From Strigamia acuminata (taxonomy: Eukaryota): a stretch of 64,000 nucleotides of DNA. Below the pieces are notes generated by a model. That model was given only the letters and a program-made list of their open reading frames with translations, was not told the origin of the DNA and searched no databases. The position numbers and the translations under genes were made by a program. The stretch covers positions 24,428,001-24,492,000 of the forward strand of contig OX442314.1 in the NCBI GenBank assembly GCA_949358305.1, given 5' to 3'. The first letter of the stretch is position 1. Each line of letters opens with the position of its first letter. Below, piece after piece: positions 27,935-39,856 of the stretch.

Positions 27935-30197
27935 TGTATGTCCCCTCCCCATTATTAGTTTCAACTGGAGTCAATTTCAACTGTTTATTTTGTGCGAGCA
28001 GTATGGTTGCTAGGGAACCCTAGCAACCCTACATTATTAATGTACAAATATGATGTTATTGTTTAGACATAACAATTGTTATAGGCAAGTTGTGTACTAA
28101 GAGCAAATAATGGATCTGTTTTCTCTCCGAGTTTCTCTAGTGGTTTTCATAGCAGAAATATTTGAGGCTATAACCTCAAATCCAATCCATGCTGTGGTGT
28201 CGGTGAGATCACTGGGGATTTTGAATTATTCCTTTTGATGTTGAATCGCGCAGAGAAACTAAAATATTTCAACCACGAGGTCCATTTTTATCAAAATTTA
28301 GCCAAAATAAAACAAGTAACAAAGCTTTGCTGCAATTGCAGGACGTTTCCTGTCCTCGGCGGGCTGCTCTGCATCGCACAGTAAATGTTTGTACAAATGG
28401 TAACTAAACTTTGACGCAATGCACATGCTGCATTCAAACAGTCATTTCAACTAAACTTTATCCAGTAACCACAAGCACTTAATGTCTTAATTGCAAATGT
28501 AAATTTGATCTTCATTTGATCTGACAAGCTTAATTGAAACTTTTCTTAATCTATCTTCAAAAATGAATAACCGATGTAGTCTGTTGAGGTAGACTCACAG
28601 AATTATTCTGCTGATTAAGCTTCGTCGACGTGCAAAATACACTAAGAGACGAGAAGATTGCCCGGCAGTGTTGGTGACAATTCTTGTCACAACCAGTGAC
28701 AGACGAGAGCGACATTGCGGGACAGCATCGAGCGAGCGACTAGCGCAACGAGGACCCAAAGGAGTAAAGTTTGTCGTGTGGTTTCGCCCACAACAGCATC
28801 ACTCAATTAAATTCTCCAATCTTCATAAACGTGCTCATGCCCAAAGATTAACAGAACCAGATCACCATTACTTAGCATTTAGCAACATTCTGCCGCTGCT
28901 ATTCTATTCTCCACACGCTGTTACAGTGCGGAAGAGCAAAATCAAATGATTTGCTTGCTAGTTCCGAGTAAACAACTACTTGAAACAGTTTCCACTTCAG
29001 TCGTATTCATAAAGTCATGTTTAACTTGCAGTTAATTTAGGCGTCATATATCTGGCAGAAATACGACGACCAGGTTTGAGGTCAAATTTCAGCAATTATT
29101 CATCGTGTAATTTATTTGTATTGTCTCACTGAATAAAATATTACACGGTATTGTTATGTTAAGAGTGATCTTGCGGGCTGAAAAATCCACGAAGCCTAAA
29201 ATGCACATCCGACGTCATTATCCAACTAGACGAATCGGTCACGCCCTGCTATAAGACCCCGAGCATGGCCATGCAATTCCAAGCCCAATAGGATCTCGGA
29301 AATGGATTAAGTGTTGTATTGTTAAGCGAGAACAAGAGGCTTGCGCGTGTAATTAGACAACTAACATGTCAAATTTTTTTTTTAAAAATAAATTTGAACA
29401 ATTACATTTCCTCTGTCACCAAAGTGATAAATTTAGGAAAAGAGGAGAAAAAAAAATTCCTTTTCTTTTAAAAAATGTTAAAGCGGCTTTAATTTTCGGT
29501 TTTTGGTTTACAAAACGAGTTTCCTGTTTGGTTTTCCGATCAAGATTTTCAGCACGGATTAATTCCGACTCGATTATCTGAGTTGTATACGTGACTGGAA
29601 ATGGAAATAGTAAAATAAAAAGAGAGCAAAAAAATAGTCATGTTGAATTAAGAAAGTTGAGAGTGGGAGGGAAGCTTGGAGGGGCGGGAAATTTTTATAG
29701 AGGTCGGTTTAATTGGTAATTTATAAGGAACGTCGTTGTTGGTGTAATAAGGGACGTTTCGTTCAGGTTTCCACTTAACCGTCATTTAAAGGTGGCTTCC
29801 TCTCTTCTTCCAATTATCTCGTCGAGGAAGGCAAAGAGACAGAACACGAGCGTCATCCTCTCAAACGACCAGGTCAGCGCAGCGTGAGAAGCTCATCCAC
29901 CGATCTAATCTGTCGTCTCGACCCCACCCAATATGGCGTTCACGCAATCCTATGATTCCCAAGCGCCACAAGTGGATCACACATTCATCGATTGAGCAAA
30001 CTCGAATTCAAATATGAAAAAGGGCGAGTGTACGGTTCAAGGGGCATGGAATTCGAATCGCGAGTGACGAATTGAAAGCCAAAGTGGGAAATGAAGTCCC
30101 GAGTGCTTGCCAAGATTTTTAATTCTTCACGGTCACAACTTTTCAATTCCAACATTTTGTCTTCTCAAATAAAATCAATTCCTTAGAGAAATATATA

Positions 30198-30450
30198 CCG
30201 TATTTTACCGATTAAGAGTCGCCCTCGAATTGTAGCCGCGGCTGAGACACCAAGAATACCGTATTTTTGCAAAAGTACGGTATTGTTTCCGTATTTAACC
30301 TCACGAACGATGAACTTACGCTTTATTCGTGACGTTCAGACTTCGTTTGAAACATTAAACAAATGTAACAAACGAAAAACCGAAATTGTAATTGCTGACA
30401 AAAATGGCAGTTTTGAATAAGAACCGCGGCTTTTAATCGATAAAATACAG
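30198..30450. mobile_element. Tc2-like (CCGTA-ended) Tc1/mariner MITE, 253 bp
   Basis: TIR CCGTATTTTACCGATTAAGAGTCGC / GCGGCTTTTAATCGATAAAATACAG, with TA at 30196-97 and 30451-52. Confidence 0.8.
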
Positions 30451-30678
30451 TATTTTACAATAATTTCTTTTCACTTAATGCATTCCAAAATGTATAGCAT
30501 TTTGCCGAATTAAGTGTATTATTTGTACGTTAAATGCAAATTTCATGATACAATGAAAAAAATGCATTTTGAAAACGCATTCATATTTGAGAAATAATAA
30601 TATTGGTAATGCATTTCATAATACGTTTTACAAAATTCATAATGTATAATTTTTCAATGTATTTTTTAACCAAACGGG
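30451..30678 (+). mobile_element. Family C repeat, copy 2, interrupted near its left end by the Tc2-like MITE
   Basis: TTTTACAAT..TTTTCACTTAATGCATT...AAAAAATGCATTT...AATGTATTTTTTAACCA is collinear with 58520-58730. Confidence 0.65.
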
Positions 30679-33600
30679 AATACAATTTTGCAATTTAAAT
30701 TTTTTCTAAAAAAATTAATTTTTTTCTCGCTTAATTCACATTTTCTGCTTGTTTATGATGATGCAACTCAAATCCAAGGATGTCCACATTCCCTAGTGAT
30801 GTTTTTCTTTCTTTTTTTTTCTTCGAAAGATCTTTCTCATTTTATATAGATGAAATCATGAGAGAGAAGTGATGCAACGACTTGTTTATGGATGTTTCAA
30901 GGCTCCTAGTTAACGGCCTTTAGGGGATTATTACTCAAATGATCTCGTTTCACATTGGTATTAAAGCGCTCCTCTTAATCCATCTCAGTCTCCATACTCG
31001 AGTTCGATAATACGGCATTTAAGCTGCACGTAATGATGTGAGGGGTGCGCGCTTTATTATTTGCTGACCTCCTTTGGTTTTTTTTTTATCATCACCATAG
31101 AAGCCGAACCAAGCCCAACGTTGGTAATATCATTAGATGGGAACCAGTATTAGATGATAGAAAGGGAATAACAAAAGTGACCAACAGTATTTCTTATCAA
31201 AATAAGATACGGAATGCACTTACCTTTCAGGCTTTCACCAATAGATTTTTCCTGCATTTTCCCAATAACAAAAAAAAAAAAATACAAAACCAAAATAATA
31301 CAATTTTAAATATATTTTTGGCAAAAACCATGAAATCTATTAGACTGTTGTGAGTTGTGACGAGTCTGACGACGACGGGTACATCACAATTTAATGATTG
31401 GTCAACATTTCAAAATACGTGACAAAACTAAAAAACCAAAAAATAAAATAAAATAAAATTTTCAATTTTTTTTCCAGAGACCTTGAAATACTCCAACGTA
31501 TTCTTGTACTACGTTTACACGCACCGAATATTTTGAGTGGTGAAAAAATCAAATTATTGTGTTTACATGCAGAAAATAATTCGCGATCAATGGGGAAGTA
31601 AGTGCTGGAAGCGATGCACGCATGCGCAATAAAAATAGTTGGAGTTCGCTCGAATTAAACAACCTTCTGCGAGGGATTATTCACCACTCGAATAATCCTT
31701 GTCATCCCTGTTTACACGACAGTTGTGCACACGGAATATTTCATCTCGCTCGAAATATTCCGTGCATGTAAACATAGTAAAAGAAACTCACTTTCCAAAC
31801 GGATAATAACTAAATACACAGATAGACGACTGTTGAAAGTGCGATTTGAACTAGTTAAAACGACAAAAAAGCGAAAAAATGCAATCTTTAAACATTCTAT
31901 GCATGAAGGCAACTGCTAGCAGTCCAAGTTGAGACCGTCCTCGACTGAATACCAAATTGGCAGATCGGTCCCAAGGATTCGATACCAAAGACACCAAGTG
32001 CGATAGTGAAGCCAAAAACCCTTACGGCATTAGAAATGCCATCCTAAGTGGACGTCCACCACGCTCTAATGGCGCCAGCCTCTACCCTACTCCACTAGAT
32101 GCATTCCTGATTAACTCGTCTCTACCTGAATTATTCATATCAAACTCCGTTGCCAAAGACCATGGGCGCCCTTCATATCTTTTATTGGACGTACGACACC
32201 GCAATACCAAAGCGTACAAAAATTGCTCGCCTCTCGTAGACCAACAAATTTTTGTAATAAAAACGCGAGTGGATTTAGATTGACGTTTTGCAGTTTAACT
32301 CGTTTACCCCAAAGCTTGCGCGGTTTTGCTTTCCATGTCGGCATTGAGAATTTCAATCGACTCCGAATATTGTGTAGAAAGGAAAATAAATTTCGCGGCC
32401 GATGATACACTTTTTCCTCGAGGAGAATGCCGAATGCAAATCGGCTCCCGGAATAAAAAAAAAATAAAAAAGAAGGACCGAGATGGCCAATTTGAATGGA
32501 AAACGATCATTCTTCTCTTTCCCCGCTTGCTGCAAAAATGGGAAGACTTAAGATTTACTTGTCCGAGTATGTTATTGTGCTACACATTTCCTTTAAATTT
32601 CGAGAAAATTGATTATTTCAAATTGTATTTTTTTTATTCACTTCAAATTTCATTTAAAAAAAAAATTTTTATTGGCTTCTTTAATATTTATATCCAATAA
32701 CATTAACATCGCAAAGTCAAATTGTTTGCACATTAAATATGGAGTGTTTAACTCCATTGGTCAAATCTTGAATTTTTATTAATGTGAATGACGCGCAAGC
32801 GTATGTTAATTTTTGTTAATAAAACCAGTTATGTTAATTCCGTAACAAGAATGGCTGAATCTTTTAGATTCTGATCGCAATCTTCAGCAATCGAGACTAC
32901 AAAACAGAATAAAATATTTGTTATTTTTCACTTTTCCCCCGACGTCTCGCAGCCCCTGATGCCACATGGGGCACTTCTCCTACAAATCCCCTCCTGCCCA
33001 AGAAGCATCTGTGTACGCTCAAAGATGCTCAGATTTGCATCGCCACAAATCAATTCTGTAGTACGATGTGTTACAAACATACAGCAGTACCTGAAGTAGT
33101 GCTTTAACAAGTGCACAGCCATTTTGGCTGTGTCCAAAAATTGTCTTTTATTTTTACATAAAACTTAAATTTCTAAAAAAAAATTACCAAAAATCGATGA
33201 ATAACTAAAAATATTCCCCCCACCACATTTCCTATCTCTGAAACCTTAAAATGGAAAAATATGGCAAGCCTAATGGAAATGTTCAGAAACCCGAACAGTA
33301 ATAAACATTTGGCGCAACATTTTTTTTTAAAGCATCAGCACAAGCATCGTTAATATGAAAATAAAACCCCACATTAACTACCGATATCGACCTTTTTTTA
33401 AAAATAAAATTTCCTGTCACGTTTAGACTTAAAACTCGTTTTGCATTTTTTCCACGACATTCCCCAGCTAACATGATTAGCAGTTGCACTAACGAAACCA
33501 CCAGGGTGACTTCCTACCCTCCGAGAAATCACATTAATAATGAAACCTTGCAGTCATGGCCCAGCATTAGGAACTTCCCAGCGCGCGACCCTCGACGGAA

Positions 33601-34240
33601 TACACGAGACGAATTTTACGGATATACCGTGTTAAGTGGATTCGTAAAGTGTACTGATGTATTTTTGATGAATCTGATTGCAGTCCGTACACACATGAAT
33701 AATGCATCAACAACCCAATTCTAGCTTGTTCCTGACACTTCGATTGAAAGTCTCTTAGGATTTTTTTTAAAAATATATAAAAACAACAAAAACCTTGGCG
33801 TCTTTAAAACGGTCTTGAAACTACTGATGTACGATCGTCGTTATGTTTTATGGCCGCTTGTTTACACGGGACTCATAGCACGAGATAAAGAGCGTGTATA
33901 CCTGTACCGTACATCTTTCCAAGAGGAGTCTTGACTTCTTGTTTGACGTTATCTCAAAGCAAATAGTTCACGACTAGTTGCAGAAAAGGTTCCGTTGTCA
34001 AGCTGTACCCATCATTTAGTGTAAGTAACGTTTCTAATTAAAGACGACTAACTTGTAAGTTGTAAACACATGCCAAGTAAGTGAGCCCATTAAAGACTGC
34101 AGATCAGACCACGGCCAAGCAAGACAGCACAAAACAGAAAACATTTCTTCAAATTGGTGCTTGATTTCCAGTTTGTTTGTTGTTCCGGACGTTGGGACGA
34201 GGGTTGTCGACATCCTGCAAAAGTGACATCCCCAGCACAA

Positions 34241-34692
34241 ATTAGAAGAATACACAGATGCGAAAACTCGCCCTAATGATAGTGATCGGGAGAAAAACAG
34301 CGCACCAAGCAGGCGATTTGCAAAACACGAACCCCGACATGTTATTGGCAGAGGTTAGCTTTCTGCAGCCAACAAAACCAAACTTTGTCAAAGTAAAAAT
34401 CTTTTAAAAATCTTAATTTCAATAACACAAAATATTTTTTTATTGAAGCAATGGTTGTGCTTACATAAAACAAAAGAATAAACCAGTTTTGATTATCAAA
34501 ATGATGATTTTTAAAAGATTTTTACTTCAAGGAGTTTGGTTTTGTTGGTAGCAATAAGCTAACCTCTGTCGGCCAATAACAAACCCTGGTTCGTCTGTTT
34601 TGCAAATCGCCTGCTTGGTGCGCTGTTTTTCTCCAATCACGCTGAGAACAAAGGATTTCACCGAAGTTGTCATATCTGTGTATTCCTCTAAT
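34241..34692. mobile_element. Long imperfect foldback element (about 450 bp), possibly Kolobok-like
   Basis: GAGAAAAACAGCGCACCAAGCAGGCGATTTGCAAAAC is exactly inverted as GTTTTGCAAATCGCCTGCTTGGTGCGCTGTTTTTCTC. Outer ends ATTAGAAGAATACACAGAT / ATCTGTGTATTCCTCTAAT. Further inverted blocks: AGAGGTTAGCTT, CCAACAAAACCAAACT, AAGTAAAAATCTTTTAAAAATC. Confidence 0.8.
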
Positions 34693-35020
34693 ACGTGGTC
34701 AGGTGTCTGCTTATTGTCTTGTGTTGGGGGCAGTTTGAAATATCGCAGGTCGAATTTATGATTTGTATATTTGAAAACTGATTATATTTACTGTTTTTGC
34801 TGAATTGGCTGCTGCTGAAAATAAAACATGCTTTAAGGTTGAAAAACAAGTTTATTGTGTCTATTTTGGGGTCTACAAAACTAAAAACAGGCTAAACAAG
34901 GTCAAACTCCACATCTGGACACAGGTCACTCCATCATAAAAGTGTCCCCTAAATGTTGACCTCTCTCTTGTTGCTATCCGATCCCACCCCTCTCTAACTC
35001 AAAACTCCAGTTTTCACAGA

Positions 35021-35153
35021 CAATGGCGAGGCATAGATAGATTTTTGGCGCCCTTGACAAATTTGCTTTGGACCTTTTTTAATCATTTGCATGTTAGGGA
35101 TGGATTAGTGGCACCCTCGGCAATGCCCCACTGCCAAGCCAATCCTACGCCAC
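35021..35153. mobile_element. Degraded hAT-like MITE
   Basis: Ends CAATGGCGAGG / CCTACGCCAC resemble the CAGTGGCGTA-type TIR of the 51443 element, with GGCGCCC/GGCACCC internal motifs. No clear TSD. Confidence 0.4.
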
Positions 35154-36397
35154 AAAATTAGCTGTCTAAAGATGAATTATTTAATTCTGACATTTTTCAT
35201 TTTTAAAATGAGCAAAATAACCCAAGGATGAAAATGAATTTTTAACCTGAGTTATATTTTATCGCAAATTGCAGCAACTTACGGTTTAAAACGTCTAAAT
35301 TACGAAGAAAACATGTTTAAATTTTCATTCGGTGCGTTCAATTTGTAAAAGGAGAAGTCATTTCTTTTTTGTCTTCCTTCTTCATACGTCATTTATGAAT
35401 GAATGCATTAATTTGACAACCAAATGCGCATTAGTAACTTTGGATAATTTCCAAAATGACCGTTGATCTCACTCGAAAAAATAAACAACTATGCATGCAC
35501 AATGCATAATGATGATAAGAAGGTCAAACTCGTGCTTTATGCACATGTGAAGCATGTCTTGTATAAGTCATGACAAAAATTTCGTCACCGTAACCTTCTA
35601 ACTTATTAGACATTTAACAAAAATAAGTCACTTATCTTCCCTTACATTTCCAAAACTAAACTCTATTTTTATTGTTTTGTTTTGTTCCTTCAAATGAATT
35701 ACAAAATCTACTTTAACCCCCCAACCATTTATTTTTTAGCATTTACTCAGAGAAACTCTACCTTTTCTTTGGCCAACTATTCTGTGCACAACTCGTAATT
35801 ACATCTTTGGGGTTACCCTCTTGTTACTTTTCTATTACATCTCTTTGTCTTGCAGTTTTTTTCTTTTTTAAAGTCAACCCGTTCATCTCTGTACTTCTCT
35901 ATTCTAAATTAGGTTGTTGTTTGCTCCTAGGCCATGTCAATTGTTCTTAGTCTTGTTGTCATTTATTAGCTGTAAAAGAGCTAAATGTAATTGTCACAAG
36001 TACGGTAAATAACCTTCGGCTTGTCACATATATCATATAGTTGCTGATGGCAATACACAATCTATCTATTTATCTACTGATGAACATCCTCCATTACAGA
36101 AGCAATTTCTGTTTCTCCATTTGGCCCAACAATTAAATTGCATTGCTAGATATTTTGCTGATGCAATTAAAATAGCAATGCCATTAGTTATATTTGTTTT
36201 GCTTCTTTTTAATAACATCAAACTACACTATCTGCATTTGAAAACTCATTCAGACTACACAGCATTTTTAAACAACATTTTAAACGGCTTTACCAAAGAT
36301 TTGTCTCGATATAGTCTGTTTTAGTTGCAGCGGACGTGCCCACAAAAAAATATTGGGATACATACGTGAGATCCAAAACCTTGGTTTGAACATGATA

Positions 36398-36827
36398 TAT
36401 ACTCGAGTTGCACTCAAAAAGGCACCTCACAATGTGTACTCCCATTGGTCGAGCCAGTTTACTACTAACTCCAGACTGTATACTACTACTAGGAGAAGTA
36501 GTTTAGATTTTTATTTATTGTTGTGATTGTTATGACTAGTTTAGTTAATGTTATTTTGATTTTATTTAATAAAAAATCTTATTTCCATCATTAAAATGAA
36601 GTTTTACACATTAAAAAATGTCAAACTCATGTTTGTTGTGTTTATTGATTACATCGTCTGGAAGTTTGAATTTTAGGCTGTTGCCTAGGCAATCGATTAC
36701 AATGTCTGTACATTGTAATGCATTTCTGATGTTTGGGTCTACTTTTCCGGATCACTACACCAGTAAACTGGCTCGACCAATGGGAGTACAGATTGTGAGG
36801 TGCCTTTTTGAGTGCAACTCGAGTATA
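36398..36827. mobile_element. Non-autonomous element with 66-bp near-perfect TIRs (unclassified)
   Basis: TATACTCGAGTTGCACTCAAAAAGGCACCTCACAATGTGTACTCCCATTGGTCGAGCCAGTTTACT (36398-36463) is inverted at 36762-36827 with one mismatch. AT-rich spacer of about 300 bp. Confidence 0.85.
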
Positions 36828-38828
36828 CATTTATAAACGTGCCTTACTAAATAAGTTTAGTTTACTAATTTAATTAAATATGAAGTTAGCTCTTTATGTA
36901 TTAAATATTAAATAAATAAAAAATAGTTATTTCGCAAGATTGAAAAGTCTTCATGGTTTGTCGTTGCCGTCTTCAAAGAAAATATGGCACATAATAATTC
37001 ACAACGAGTCGCAATCCTTGCAAACCCATTTACTTGCAGATGAGTTCGGCAAAGGTTGCGACTCATCATTCTGAGTTATAAGCCACATTTCATTCGTATT
37101 GAAAGTTCCTCACAAAGAACTTAGGTTTATTATAAAAACGTTTCAGTCTCTATCTAGAGACTTCATCAAAAAGCACACAAACCTTGTCAATCTTGTGAAA
37201 TAACTGTTTTTTCTGCCTTTAGCAGCCATGACCATGCGAAGTGTCAAAATACAAAATACCCCGTTCACAATTCAAATTTTTGAACTGTATTATCATAACC
37301 AGTCCACCATTGCCATCAGATTTTCCTCTGCAAACATCCAGCCAATCATTATTGATATATTTTTTTTCCATTACGATGTCAAAAGACCCCACGACAAGAT
37401 CTTACCCACATGACAACCGAGCACGACTGATTAATAATTGCTGTCCATCAGTTGTGATCTTAAATTGACAAGAAAATAAAAAAATTAAATACAGCCTACA
37501 GTTTTTTTGAACAAAACCTACAAGTGTTCATAAACTTTTAGACAACAACAACAACAAAAAAAAAATTAAAACCGAAAAAAAATTAAAAGAATTCAATTCC
37601 CTCGAGCTCTCGAAAAAATAAATGATCATAAGTTATCCTCGTGTATGAAGAAATCGAAACATAAGTCACGAGTCAGCGGCAGTGACAAACGGTAGAGAGG
37701 AAAAGAGGAGAAGCGCTGTTGGTCTGGGTGCAACTGCAAACATCGTTAAAAGATTAAAGAAGAAAACGAACGTTTGTCCAGTGTAGATTAGCCGCAATTG
37801 CACGTCACAGTGACGGACGACGAGGACCCAACTTTTAAATTAGTCAAACCGAATCTATCTGAAAACACTCACACACGTACAAGCTCTTATTAATTGATGC
37901 ACACTGTGTGCACGTGCATTTGAACGGTACGTTTGAGGTTAGTCCATGCATTCGTAACGCGCTAATTATTCGCTAGAGATTGGCACGTCGAACTTACACT
38001 CCACATGTTGCTTTACACGTACTCTGTCACACTTAACTTTCTTCCGGTCGCCCGTGACACTTGAAATCGAGGATTTTGATGTCATTTCGATTAGCGCCAA
38101 CTTCGTACGCTTCAGAGCTCAAAGCGTCAAATCTAATACACGACTATATTAATAAATTGTAAGGAAATAAATCGACTTTGTTAAATCGACTTTGTTAAAT
38201 CGAATTTTTTATTTTCGTTTTTACTTTTGTTTCATTACTTTTTTTTTAAATTAAATAAAAGCACATTGTAAAAAAAAAAAAGGAAAATGATTAATTAGTC
38301 TTGGGTTTAAGGGAATTGTGCTAAACATCCCCAGATATTTCTCTCGTTACTCAATATTTTTCTCCACATGATAAAGCATTAAAACTTAATAAATTCGCAA
38401 AGTTTTACATTGCACTTTGGGAATTAGGAAATGAGAATAAAAGTAAAATCCACTTTATGTAATATTTAATAAAAATAATCGACATACGAGCGTAATTATT
38501 CACATGAAACTAAACCCACATTTGAACCAAACATAACTGGTTTCCACATTATATGAAAAATCCAGAATCGTCGTGAAATCTTGACAAAGTGATACGACTT
38601 TCGACTAGCTAAGCTATATAATAACTTAATTCCTCTAGCTTGCAAATTTTTTAAACTAGCATAACTCGAGCTGTAAGTATTCCCACTCCTGCAGTAGTTA
38701 TGATTTAATCTTATCTTACTTAGTGCGAAGTATTAAAGTGTCATTGAGCCAAATTAACATTTTAAAACCACGCTATAATACTACCTTAATAAAATTTAAC
38801 ACAAATACAGTCAAATGATGGTAAACAA

Positions 38829-38994
38829 CAGTGCTGGACTGGCCCGGCGGGCTACCGGGAGTTTCCCGGTGGCCTGTGGCCTGGTGGCCCGGTGATGAGC
38901 CCACTGTGGACCGTCCCTGGCACACTGTAGCCTGTGCTTGTGGCCCTACCCATCTAGATTTCCCGGTACTAAATTTGTACCCAGTCCAGCCCTG
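38829..38994. mobile_element. hAT-type MITE (166 bp, GC-rich)
   Basis: TIR CAGTGCTGGACTGG / CCAGTCCAGCCCTG. Flanks GTAAACAA / GAAACAA fit a decayed 8-bp TSD. Confidence 0.75.
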
Positions 38995-39004
38995 GAAACA
39001 ACCA

Positions 39005-39036
39005 CAGTTTGCGCCCGGTATCTTGATGCCAAATTC
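39005..39036 (+). repeat. Isolated terminal fragment of family B MITE
   Basis: CAGTTTGCGCCCGGTATCTTGATGCCAAATTC matches the terminus at 15949 and the reverse complement of the 16294 terminus. Confidence 0.75.
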
Positions 39037-39508
39037 AAACACTAAATTCCATTTTTTGCACACGAAAAGGTGAATATTGAAGAAAAGTCACTTTCCTTAC
39101 TTTCCATCCTTTTAGAAAGCCGAAGTGATGCTTTTTACGTCATAATTAAAGAAAATCAGCCTTGGAAAGTGACTTTCAAGAAAGTCGGTCGAGACTTTTA
39201 GGAGCCTCCTTTAGGAGCCTCCTGTATGCCTCTAACATTCTGATGCTTCTTTGCTTGAGACTTCCTTCCCTACGTCCTACTCGTTCCGTTGCTCACATTT
39301 TTGTTGCTGGTGATTTTAGTTTGCCTATGGGCCGCATAATGGACAGTTGTAACTGTTACTTGTCTGAGGAAGATATTTTTTCTTGTTCTCTGCGTGATGT
39401 GCATTTGTGTTTGGCGAATGCAGTGAGTGAATAAGTGTTTTTCCTAATTATGATGTGCGTTGTTTATTTATTTTTTTGTCCTTTTGTATGTGGGGTGTCC
39501 CTCCTTGT

Positions 39509-39807
39509 TGTGGAAACTGGCGGTTTCCAAAGTGAACCAGTTTAATTATGTCTTTTAACACCGTGGCGCAAGTGAAAAAAGCTCACTTGTGACCCGGATC
39601 TGTATTCTTGGAATTTAAGGATTAGCTTAATCCTTTTGTGTTATATACCTAAAAATTTGAATAAAATTACACTGTCTTTTCAAATGTAACCTTGTCTACA
39701 TCGTTCTTTGAGTTTGCAACAACCTTCGATCCGAATCCGACTCCATCCGTAGTTTTAATAAGTTTAAAGAGTGTTTCACTTATACAAGTTGCTCGTGCAA
39801 CGTTACA
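39509..39807 (+). repeat. 5' LTR
   Basis: TGTGGAAACTGG...GCAACGTTACA. TATATA at 39642 and AATAAA at 39660. No difference from the 3' LTR found by eye. Confidence 0.97.
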
Positions 39808-39825
39808 TGGTGCCGAAACCCGGGA
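39808..39825 (+). other. Primer-binding site complementary to the 3' end of tRNA-Phe
   Basis: TGGTGCCGAAACCCGGGA immediately after the LTR is the complement of the conserved metazoan tRNA-Phe 3' end UCCCGGGUUUCGGCACCA. Confidence 0.9.
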
Positions 39826-39856
39826 AACATTTTTGAAAACGAACCAGAACGCGAAA

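Noticed and set aside
31957..32283. 108-aa ORF, and similar GC-richer open frames at about 9930-10195 (-), 11480-11730 (-) and 57264-57704 (+)
   Set aside because: No ATG start, no recognisable domains and no consistent splice-site pairs.
32940..33120. Possible piggyBac Cys-rich C-terminal remnant
   Set aside because: It needs several frameshifts, and the resemblance is too weak to support.
39808..39825. tRNA-Phe gene
   Set aside because: Only the 18-nt complement, including CCA, is present. This is a PBS.
39692..39856. N-terminal 55 aa of the 860-aa ORF
   Set aside because: It begins at a TTG inside the LTR and spans the PBS. The first ATG is at 39857.
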